A DNA stretch of 64,000 nucleotides, taken from positions 2,294,001-2,358,000 of the forward strand of contig JAUFOQ010000001.1 in NCBI GenBank assembly GCA_040285855.1, in the 5' to 3' direction. Within the stretch, counting starts at the first letter, position 1. Each line of letters starts with the position of its first letter. This document shows positions 1-10,909 of the stretch, in pieces. Source of the stretch: Eukaryota sp. GEM-RC1 (Eukaryota). The notes beneath the pieces are model-generated. The model made no database searches and was not told the DNA's origin. It worked only from the letters and a program-made list of their open reading frames with translations. The position numbers were made by a program, and so were the translations under genes.

Positions 1-1
1 G

Positions 2-1538
2 AATAAATGTCCGACGTGTCGCCAAAACGTACTCAACAACCCTAAGGTCAACTATGGCCTACTTGCTCTCCTTGAAGTCATTGAACGAGGAGACTTATTC
101 AACGAGATCGATAGTTCTGAAATTCAGTCATTGGATGATGCTAATGAGGCTTCTATCATTCCCGGTCTCTGGAACGGGTTAGAAATCGACCTTCAGTGGT
201 TCCCATATTCTGATAAGATCGTCAACCAGCTTAAGAAGCAACATCAGTTGTTTTCCAATCATCGCAATCCTGGTTTTCTCCACCTTTTTGGAATAACGTT
301 CCGTGACGATTATGTTGGTACCGTATCTGAGCGTGTATCCTCTGATCTTTCCCTACCAACTCAACTTTCTCATCAATCTTTGGGTCTAGCAAGAAACGCT
401 TGTGAAATCGTCCAATTCTTCCACTCTCAAGACATCAATCTCAAACACTTGAACCCCTCTGTGTTTCGAATCTGTGATAATCGTCTAAAGCTCTCATCTG
501 CTGTTTTTGTGTCTTCCCACTTTCCTTCTACCAATGATTCTTTCCAAAAATACTGTGCACCTGAGCTCTCTAACGATGACACATCCGTTGCTGCCGATAT
601 TTACTCTCTCGGAGTCCTTCTCTATGAAATGCTTTCATCTCGATCCTTCCCCTCCTCTGACATCGTTCTTATTTTCCCCTCCACATTTCCAAATGATTTA
701 CAAATGGTTATACAATCTTGTATTGATCCTGTCCCTTCCAAGCGACCGTTAATCTCCAAAGTCATTAGCGTTATTAGTTCTGCTTACAATAATCACGTGA
801 CCAAGGATCCTGCCAGTTTCCCCTACCAAGTTGCTGATCTACAACGACAACTTCACACATCTGAACGCGAATCTAAACTTCTCCAACGCAACAATTCCAT
901 ACTTGAACAGAAAATCGAATCATTAGTCCAACGGAATTCTAATCTTTCTAACGAGCTTAAATCAACCTTTTCAAAGTTAGAGTCTGTTGAAAGTGAATTA
1001 AGTAACCTAAACAACTTAGTTAAAAATCCAGGAACACCTGTCCATCCTAGACTTAAATCTCTTGTCCAAGCGTCTTCTTTTGGTCCATGTTTGATGGCAA
1101 TGGGACCAATAATTTCCATTGATTCGGAAGTTTCCTCTTTGGAGACGGTTGAGTGGTCGTGATTTTGAGTACACTGATGTTCCGTGTGGAATTCCTGATA
1201 TACTTATGATTGTTCGAACTGAGAATAACACGTTATTTGGGGGCTACTTTCCTAAAGGATTCAATCGAATGAATTCCACGTCATCAGTCACTTTCCTATT
1301 TCATCTAGCTCCCCTTCGACCCAAGGTTTTCCCTGTTAAAGTTGCTGGAACCACTGGTGGATTCTCAGTTGGAAGGTATATCTCACCTCCCTATAGAGAT
1401 TTAATTCTTGCAAGTGGTGGGTTTGGAAAGGAGAATCTTGGGGTGGTGTACAGAGGAAGTCCTGGAGAATTGGTTCCTGAGATTGATTTTGTAATTGAAA
1501 CCGTTGAAGTTTACCAGTGTAAGCTATCTATGAAGTAG
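2..1538 (+). CDS. 5'-partial RING-finger / pseudokinase / coiled-coil / TLDc protein, frameshifted near 1080-1115
   Basis: The frame of ORF 131..1162 is open from base 2 and reads NKCPTCRQ...NYGLLALLE (last Cys pair of a RING). Kinase C-lobe motifs YCAPE, DIYSLGVLLYEM and CIDPVPSKRP are present, but HRD and DFG are not. A heptad-rich segment follows. ORF 1119..1538 has TLDc-like motifs (LMIVRTENNTLFGGY, TFLFHL, IETVEVY). Confidence 0.7.
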
Positions 1539-2590
1539 AAGTTAATTTGATGTAAAGGTATTTTTCTTGTAAGTTGATGTTCTTTGTAGTATTATTTCGT
1601 TATGAAACGATAATACAGTTCCAATAATATCCATCTAGAAACAATATTTATCTGCACCATTCTTCTCAATCTATTTAATGGGAAAGTATCCTCCTTTTGA
1701 TCCTACAGTCGGTGGTATGTACAGAGTTTATTGATTCTGATTCCCCTTAACATTTCTATAAACGATTGATGAACACTTTCAGTTAAGTTGTAAAAATCAA
1801 AACGCAATAAAAGATTAGGCATAGTAATGTAAATATATTCACAATTCTTCAATGGTATTGAGCGAACGATGTACCAGTTGCTTCACTTTAATCAGCCAAA
1901 ATGTTCATGATGTGTAGATCTTCCCCTATAGTTGAAAACTATATCAAAGTAAGCGAATTCGTTCAAGCTGCAATCTCTTTTTAAGATCAAAAAGAAGCCG
2001 TAACTCAATCATTAAGTGTAATACTAAAGTAAATAAAGTCTGTGAGCTGGTTTTGATGATCGTAATGTCGGATAATTGGTTGTTCTAGCTTGTTTCATAT
2101 AGGAAAAGGTGTAGTTACACTACATGTCACGGGCATTCACACGAAAGACTAGCACGAGATCTACACTTGTACGTAATCCAATCCTTGAACTTCACAGAGT
2201 AGCTTTCAATCTTGACCAAGATGGCTTGTCCACTTTCGGATCAGATGTTTTGAAGGTACACATATTAAAACAAATCATAAAAGAACTTAATGAATTCAAC
2301 ATCTGAGATGCCAAAGGTAAGGTCCATCCATTAACATATAGAGATGTGATATCAGAATCAATCAGTACATGGGATTGGTTTATGGAGTTCTTTACATCGA
2401 ATACCTCAATCTAGCTACCATTGTCAACAACAGATATGTGCAGAGAAACAAGAATGCATTTCCTGATATTTTGGACAATTGTATAGTAAGGCTCATATGG
2501 CTGGTGATTTTGAACTATTTATGGATCATACCAGAAAGTAAAAGGATAAATTAGTTTATGTTACATGACTGAATATATTGGTTTACCCGG

Positions 2591-3532
2591 TAGAGCTGTC
2601 AACGGCTTGAGCCGAGTGGTTTGGCTTGTAAAATTCCAAACTGGTTCGCCTTTGGCTTGAACCATTTGAGTAAGCCGAACCAAAGTGACAAGTCGACTTT
2701 GAAGCCGGGCCAAACCGATATCTTTCGGTTCGAATAAAAAAATATTTTGTAATTGTTTCTATTGATGAAACTCATCACAAACTGCTGTCGTTTTAGTACA
2801 AAGGTGGACGAATACCTAGATGTCTTGTGAATCTAAAGAATGAGCAGATTCATCGTTTTCGTCTTCACTACAATCAAATAGTTCATATCCATAATTGATC
2901 CAATCCTTTAAGCATTAACGAACCAAATGATTTGTCGTCAAGTGATGATCTTTTTGCACTTGATACTTGGTCAGCAACGGAACAAATCCTTTCATAGGGA
3001 ATGGAAATTACAGGAATGATCAGGAAATCTCTAGCGAAAGTAGTGTAATTTCCACAATACAAGCGGACATGATTGAATATCGTTGGACATAAACTCTTGT
3101 ACCTTTGAAATTGATCTTCTTCCACTATAACCTCATGACCATCTGAGCAAGTGGTGGGAAACGTCAGAACTCCTTGGTGATTTTTCAGAGACATGAGAGA
3201 GAAACAGTAAATCTACAACAGTAAGAATTTTATCAGTAATGATCACAATTATTAATGCGCTAGCGGTACTTCTATAACTTTTTGTATTTGTTTGTACGTC
3301 TTATGAATCGATGTATGTAACCATTGTAATGAACTTGGTCAACTTGTTCATTTACTGTTCTTATTGTTCGAAGTAAGTTCAAGCCGCGACTTGAGCCGAA
3401 TGGTTTGGTTTGGAGAAATCCAAACTGGTTCGGCTTTGGCTTGAGCCATTTGAGTAAGCCGAACCAAATTTCGATATGGTTTGACTCAAGTCGTTCAGTT
3501 TACGGCTTAAGCCGAACCGTTTGACAGCTCTA
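2591..3532 (-). mobile_element. Internally deleted hAT DNA transposon
   Basis: TIRs TAGAGCTGTCAA (2591) / TTGACAGCTCTA (ends 3532), with subterminal GAGCCG/AAGCCGAACC repeats at both ends. Internal ORF 2883..3194(-) resembles the hAT C-terminal dimerisation domain (RDFLIIPVISIPYERICS...KRSSL). No TSD seen. Confidence 0.8.
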
Positions 3533-3745
3533 GGTTTTCGTCACACACAAAGTAAGAAAAACAATTGTCCCTTCTATTTGATTTACAGATTTAGAAGACA
3601 GAATAACACTTGGACTATTGATGTGGACAAATACTGTCTTCAGCACAATCATCAGTTAATAGAAGAAACAGCTGTTATGGTTTCATTCCGTGCAAAACAG
3701 GTGGATGGACTAGCATCCCGCAATAAGAAGAGACTGGGAATCTGA
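3533..3745 (+). pseudogene. FAR1/WRKY-like zinc DNA-binding domain remnant (Mutator-like transposase fragment)
   Basis: SKKNNCPFYLIYR...WTI...QHNHQL matches the C...W...HNH pattern. Confidence 0.5.
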
Positions 3746-4055
3746 TTATCGAAATGATTAATCAAGTTAATGGAGATGACGAAGAGCTCAAAAGAATGTT
3801 TCTTCAACATGCCAAGCGTTACGAGGGAGAACAAAAGGGGTGATTAAAGGAACCAGAGTCTATCCCCTCTTTAAAGCGTAAGAAGGGATAGCATTTTTAG
3901 TAAGTTATTTGATATGAAACAGGGAAGAATGATGCAAGAAAAATCGGCTTAAGACACGACATAAACAAGAAAGTCGTGTGGAGAGTAAAATGTCGAGTGG
4001 TGTATACTACTAGTACTAGTAATCTACATGTAATCTGTCCATTTCTTTCCTTCAA

Positions 4056-4808
4056 ATGCAAGAGATTCGTCCTCCAAAAATATCCGATATCACTCGCTTT
4101 CTGTGGTATATTGGTGGTCGTGTGTACGCCAAAATTGATGCTACAACTAAGGCCGAACTGGTCTCAATGGCTCAACTCCACAACCAAGATACTAAATACC
4201 AATTCCATCTGAATGAACTCTCCGATGCTGCTCGCAAGAACGTAATTCAGTTGTTCATAACGGAACTTTCTGAAGCGATTAACACCAACAGTTTCCCTAC
4301 CTCTTTGGATGAAGCCGATCCTGACACTACTCTACACGGCGGTGGTTTAGAACCTAATCGTTCCAAAGCCACGCCGTGGCATGCCTTTACGGGCTGCTGT
4401 GGTTCTGTTGCATCTGCCATTTTGAAAAAAGCAAAGACATGTGATCCAATTCTAAACCCTAAAAGCCAAGAATTTGGAATTAAAGTATATGAGGAAACTC
4501 GCTCCTTTTCCAAGAACATGCTAATACTACAGTTACAAGTACCCCTGATTCTACCGATACAGGTACTTCTAACAAACTTTGTGCTCTTCTTGCCTCTCTC
4601 TTACCTATTCCACCAAAGTCTTTTTCTGTGGGGTCTACTGATACCAAGAGATCTGGACTGTTCTCTTTGGAAAATATCCTCATCATTGCATTGATTATTC
4701 TTTTTAGTGATGATGATTTTATTAATACTATTCAGGCAGACAAAGGCTGACGAGACAGATGATGAAGAAGAAGAGTTAGTGATGAAGGAGATAAGGGTTC
4801 CTAAGTAA
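4056..4808 (+). CDS. Hypothetical single-pass membrane protein, reconstructed across two T-run frameshifts
   Basis: ORF 4056..4694. Shifting frame at T-runs near 4506 and 4701 gives a Thr/Ser-rich linker, a hydrophobic stretch (ILIIALIILLVMMILLILF) and an acidic tail ending at TAA 4806-4808. Confidence 0.4.
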
Positions 4809-6004
4809 GATCTAGAAGAAGTCAAAATAAGAGTGCTCACTCACTCTTGATGTGTACAGGTTAGGTTTTGTAGTTTTTGGTGAGTTTCTACTTTATAAAT
4901 GTCGTAAACATGTTCTTATAATAACTACAGTAGTTGTCGATAAGATCACTGGAAGATAGCCAACAAACACATATACTTAAAGTGCAGAAATTTGCATCAT
5001 GATTTCTACTATAGTACTACAATGTACTCTTCACAATATCGTGTATGAGGTACGTTGTTTGTCTCAATTCAATCAGTGTTTAGTAAGAAAAATGAAAGTC
5101 AACTTAAAACATCACAACTTCATGTGAATAAAATATAAAACAGATTTGTTTTATTAGTATTGATTGCTAGTTGTTGTATTGTTAAACTATCTGTCATTTA
5201 TGCCCAGTTCGAGTGTTTACTTAAGTAAATTCTTTCCCTCAGACTTGGTTGTCATTTCTACATAACACCTTCTAATTACGAAGCCCAATGAAACAACACT
5301 GTTCTACTATACGAAGTTAGACCCTCAATCAAGAACTACTGTCGAAGAGCAAATGAAAAATGCATTTAGCTTGAAAAAGAGAGCCATGTTACTAATACAA
5401 GTGTATTGATTTGAACTTCATTTCTCCAAACACCTAACACATGTAAAAGACTGTTCAGAAACCTAAAGAGAGTAATCAACTACCATCGATGTTTTCTTAA
5501 GCCTTCCAGTCTTGAAGTGCAAATGCTGATGAACGACGAATATTATAGCTTACATGATAATACTCAGCTTAGTAGGTTTGTTGACCAGATAGTAAGGTAC
5601 CACAAGAACCGATGAGTATGTCTTGTGTGACGTAAATTGCATCAAACATCTTGTTGGTATCAGGAATCAATTGTACAATTGTACACTTCTTCTCGTTCAG
5701 CTCAACAGAATACACATATTCCAGTGGAAATATACAAGTTTCTTGAAACCTGCTCAACTGCTAAGTGTCGATTAGAAATCGTTTGTTTTTGAAACTCTTG
5801 TCTCTTCAAAGAAACGAGACATAATGTACATGTTGTATGCTGTTTGGCGATTTCCCTTGTTTTCACAGTTTTTATCTATATTCAGTTTCTTGTTGTGTTT
5901 CTGCCTCAGCAATTATATCCACTTTTTAAATTTAGAGACGTTTAAATGTTTACTAAATCACTTTGCAACAATAGATGCAAATTGATGTTACCAGATGTCA
6001 TGTA

Positions 6005-6788
6005 CAGTCTAACCCAGTGATGCGAAGAAATTAATTTAATTTAAATTATTAATTCTTGACACCCTTAATTAATTAATTAATTTTAATTCATGTGACCGAT
6101 AAATAAGTAATTGTAATTAATTTCAATTAATTCTTTAGTCGCAATATGAAAACAGACATTATACAATCAATTAGGATTTTCATCTGTAGTCAATGGTACT
6201 GAATTCAGTAACGTTGTCTCATGCAAGTTGTTGATTGGAGTACATCAAATCACCACAAAAATCAGTTTTCTAGAGATGGAACAATTGCTTAGTTAGAGAA
6301 CTCAAAGATTCCTTGAGTTACCCTAGATGCTAGTACGAGTATAATGAACCAACAGTCAATTCTATTGGCCAGTTGTGGAATTTTTGCGTTTTGAATCTCG
6401 TACACTAAGCATTTTTTGACGATATTGTGTGTTAGCTGATCCAGTTTTGAATGTTTCCACTTTTACACTGCCAAACTATGTACTTGTAAGGTTCTCATAT
6501 GCACTAGTTCATGGTTCGACGTATGTGAAAATGAACAACGCCTTCCTGTTGAATATTCGTGAAGACGACATAGTTTGGCTGACAAGAAATTACAAAATTA
6601 ATTCTACTAATTTTCATTCCAAGGTGTAACAATTAATTGATTATAATTCTAAGCGACTGGAATTACACTGTAATTAACTCTCAGAGAATTAATTCAATCA
6701 ATCATAATTAAATTAATTTTTTCTTATAACTGGTCTAACCTCCCAATAAGACTGGTTCGACACATGGTCATATTGGGAGGTTGGAATA
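6005..6788. mobile_element. Minimal (~58 bp) Tc1/pogo-like MITE interrupted by a hAT element
   Basis: TA|CAGTCTAACC[insert]TCCCAATAAGAC ... GTCATATTGGGAGGTTGGAATA|TA: 22-bp imperfect TIR flanked by TA. Confidence 0.6.
6015..6732. mobile_element. Non-autonomous hAT-type element
   Basis: Imperfect TIR CAGT(G/T)AT..GAA.AAATTAATTTAATT at both ends. Perfect 8-bp TSD GTCTAACC (6007-6014, 6733-6740). Confidence 0.85.
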
Positions 6789-6863
6789 TATTTGGCAATA
6801 ATTCAATATATTATACTTCTAGCTTAATTTACAACTAAAATCATTCACAGTTTATTTCGAAAT

Positions 6864-9800
6864 TCAAGAGAACAATACACTTAATAAATCCTTTCCACCC
6901 AACACTCCAGACAAAACATCATTAGAAAACTTCAACATTTGACGAGGAGCGATACGTAGCCTATACTTATTAGTCAAAGGTTGAACAGCAGCACGTTGTT
7001 GAAGTTTCGATAGAACCGAATTAGCTTTGGTATAACCCATATCCGACAGTTCTTGTGCATAAAACCTAGCATCATCGAGATTTTCAAACTTAAAACACAG
7101 TTTCATTGCCGAAATATAAGCCAAAATCTTATGAGAGTCATCTAATTCAGACTTTGCAAAGACAGTGGCAAGCTCTAACATCTTGGTGGTATCCCGATCC
7201 ATGTTTGAACTAGATCCATCAGAAATTCTCTTGAAAAGTTCTCTTCGGGAAAGTTCAGCAGAAATTCCTACATAATAGTGACTACTAATCTTCTTACATG
7301 ACTGATCCTTACCTAAAGTACTCATCTCCCAAGACTTTAAGAACAATTCCCTTGCATGTTCGAGGTCACTTCCTTCAGTGACGAAATCTTTACCTTCAGT
7401 GATAAGAACGGTAGTCTTTGCTTTTAACGATTGTTCCCACGCACTTGACTTTAAGGGTAACTCAAAGGCAAATGGAGGTAGACCGCCGATTGAGATCTTG
7501 AAAGTATTTGAAGAAGCGATCGAGGAAACAGTTTTTTGATTGATTCATCATTTGGTAGAGTAGTTAACAGAGATTGCACAGAATTAGCAATTCCAATGGT
7601 AGAACCGGAATAAGCTGAAAGGAAACCTTCCATTCGTTCATAATCAATCAATTTTGACTGACCGAATCGAGGCACTTGCACTCCACGCTCAGCAGGCTCA
7701 GAAATAGGGGGCAACTCCAAGTCTAAACTTTCCAAATCCGAATCCCACGCAGACACTCCAGCCTTTGGCTTCTCATCTTCTCCAAACTCTTCATGTTCCA
7801 GTTCTAAATCCCACGCACTTCCCATAGACACTTCAATTGATTGTTTAACAGTGGTGGCAGTGGTTGGACGAGGAGGAACTCCATCAAAGATGTTCAAGGA
7901 AACACCGATTCTAGGCCAATCACATGATGTATCTGTTCCAATCTTTTCAGGGGGAACTATAGATGAAGGTTTTTCATCAACAACGTTAGCTAGAACGTCA
8001 AAACCTAACTCTCTCAAAACTCCTGAGAAATGCTTTCGATCACGTGATAACAAGCAAGACATTAAGGCAGTATCGCAAAGAATCTTAGAATCCTGAGATA
8101 TATTCTTAACAGCATCTACAGCCTTAGTACACAACAACTCCTGAACGTCATCAATCACGTCATAGTCTCCGGTCAAAGCACCAAGCAACATCTTCCGTGT
8201 ACATAGATTAGGATCTTCAGTATCAGCAAGTAAACGAGTGGCAGTTTCAATCTTTCCAAACTTAACAGCTGATGATACAACTACAGAAAGATCGTTCTTA
8301 TTGATCTCAGCACACTTTGCAGCAACTGCGAGTTGACCACAGGCTAGACCGAGTCGTTGAATTCTATCAATCACAACACGTTCAAGTTTCTCTGGGAAGA
8401 CGGGATTCTCGATATCAAAAGGCTTACCATTCTTACACAACTGTACCAGAATACAAGCTAGAGCTACACCAGGGAGACCTCTTCTTTCAAGACGGTCAGC
8501 TAAGGATAACAAGGGAGATTCAGAAGGTTTACCAAAGGGAGAACTGGCAATGAGAGAAGCCAGATAACCAGCTTCTAGTGGATTAGCACTAATAGAGAGG
8601 GATCTCATGGCAGCAGAGGCAACGCAGGACAGAGCAGGGAGGAACATGTTGACTTCTTGGGAAATCAGACCTGACTCAGCAGCAAGGATCACTGATAGAG
8701 TACCTCCGAGAGTAGGCGAAGAACATGGGAACATTGCCACAGGACAAGCATCGGGAGCATCTGGGTTTGCCAGAACACCAGAATCTCCATTGGGAAGAAG
8801 AAACTTGATCTGACGTTGAGTGGAGTACACAAAACAGTAATCAAACACTTCATTAGCATTGATTGAGACAGGAAGCCATACAGCAGATGAGGTATGAAGA
8901 GTAATCCATTCAAAACTAAAGGTTAACCTATGGAATCCAGAAGTTTCATGACGTGCCAAAGTAACGCCATGTCTAGCACATAAAGCAACCAAATCATCCT
9001 GCCAAAAAGCATCTCGAACATTAGCTACAGATACTTCTCCAATAAGAACAGCGGCCATAGTCTTACCCTGAGGATCTACCTTGTAAAGTCTAGCATAGTC
9101 CGGGTACGAGAGTAGAAGGTGACCAGTGGGGGCTAATAGGATTCTAGCTTCAGATATTGGTCCAAATCCAGTAGCTGGAGCTTCAACATTGATGGGTTTA
9201 GCCTTGGACCCCATTTCCATTACGAAAACTCTACCATCAGACAAGCAAATGACCGAGTCTCTTGTCAACCACTTAGCAAACCCAGAGGTTAAGTTAAGAA
9301 CTCTATTAGTGACGTTGTTACCAATCTCTTCAACAGAAAACCAAAACGTACCATCTCTCTTTCTACAGTGAACTAAAACGTAGTTTCCACGTGCAGAAGC
9401 GTCCATGTCAACTACATCATACTCAGAGGGACAAGCCTTCTGCATCCACGACTCACACAACATTGAGGTAGAACCATCTTTTAAAGAGGTTATAGCAAGA
9501 GATGACTCGTCTAGATAGGCAACACCGTTCTTAGAAGGGAAAAGAGTAGCAGGAACACGGCTTCTTTTGAGTCTAAACACGAGTAATCCCTTATCGTGAC
9601 CAGCGGCAACTAGACCGTGACGAATAGAACCAGAGAGAGACCAGAATCTAGTTCCAGAGACAGTAGTCCCGGGAGCTGTCGTTGGCTCGAACTTATAGGC
9701 CAAAAGACACGTGCGGTCAGCCCAATTCCAGACTCTTAACGAGCGATCTTCAGAGTTGGAGATTAAAAGTCCAGGGTTGGTTGGGTGAAAGTTGATGGCG

Positions 9801-10597
9801 GAAACGTTGTTAGAGTGACCACGAAGACATCCGAGTTGATATACATGATCGGCTTCGAGTCTCCACAGTCTGATAGTCTTATCATCACCCCCAGAGACAA
9901 TCATGTCGTCAGTGGGATGCCAGGCAAGGGTATTGACCCCCAGTTCATGCCCTTCTAACAAGAACTTGATGGAGGTACCATATACAGAGAGAAAGCTTCC
10001 CTCACGGTCACTGACAGCGCTGATGGGACCGTAGCTTTTACCAGAAGGGGAGGTTTGACGATCGAGGAGATGAGAGATGTCCCAGACACGGATGGTAGCA
10101 TCAAGAGAAGCAGAGGCTACGAGTGGTTTGGATGGATGGAAGGCAGCAAACATTACGTAATGAGAGTGTCCTTGAAGCACAGCCACGGTTTTACGAGACT
10201 GGAAATTGAATATGCGGACGGTTTGATCGTCGGAGGAAGAGAGGAGCCAGGGTTGAGTACGATGGAATTGGAGGCATCGGATGTAATCGGCATGTTTGTT
10301 GATAGTGGCGAAGCAAGATCGTGTATGTAGATTCCAAAGACGAATGACTTTGTCATCTCCTCCCGATGCAAAGAGAGGTTGTTCAGGATGGAAAGCAACA
10401 CCTCTGACAGGACCAGTGTGGCCATGGAATTGGTCTAAAAGAGTCCCAGCTCTGAAGTCCCATAGTTGAATAATACCGTTATGTAGAGAAGTGAGGACCC
10501 AAGGGAGATAGGGATGGAAGGTAACCCCTTTAACGCGCTGAGAGGTTGTTTCAAAGACGACACGAACCCTACAATTGCGTTCCTCAGAGGATGTCAT
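6864..10597 (-). CDS. COPA: Coatomer subunit alpha (alpha-COP), with one frameshift at an A6 run near 7532-7537
   Basis: N-terminus FETTSQRVKGVTFHPYLPWVLTSLHNGIIQLWDFR matches alpha-COP, followed by WD40 repeats (GHSHYVM, LEGHELGVN) and an acidic W-D linker. The 6864..7346 frame stays open upstream to the A-run, and adding one A joins the two ORFs. Confidence 0.93.
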
Positions 10598-10909
10598 TTT
10601 GAGAAGTGAGATCTAGATTACAATCTTCCTTTCTACTTGGGACTCACTCATATCTTGTTTTGAACTTTGGGGTTACTTGTAATCATGTTTAATCATATTT
10701 ATTTGATCGCTGTGATGTGAATTTGTCATATGTTGAACGATTGTAACCTAGTAAATAGAAACATTTAAACAATTTTGTTCATTTTGTGTTTAGATTGGTT
10801 ACTTCAGAACAAATGAGTAAAAACATCGGTAAAATACGACCAGAAATCAATAAATTACAGAGTTAGGAAATGCACCTGACGTGTTTGTATCTTTTTTACC
10901 TAACAGATA

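Noticed and set aside
7451..7540. Programmed ribosomal frameshift or alternative genetic code
   Set aside because: Breaks go in both directions with no shared slippery or stop motif, and TAA, TAG and TGA all end conserved genes normally.
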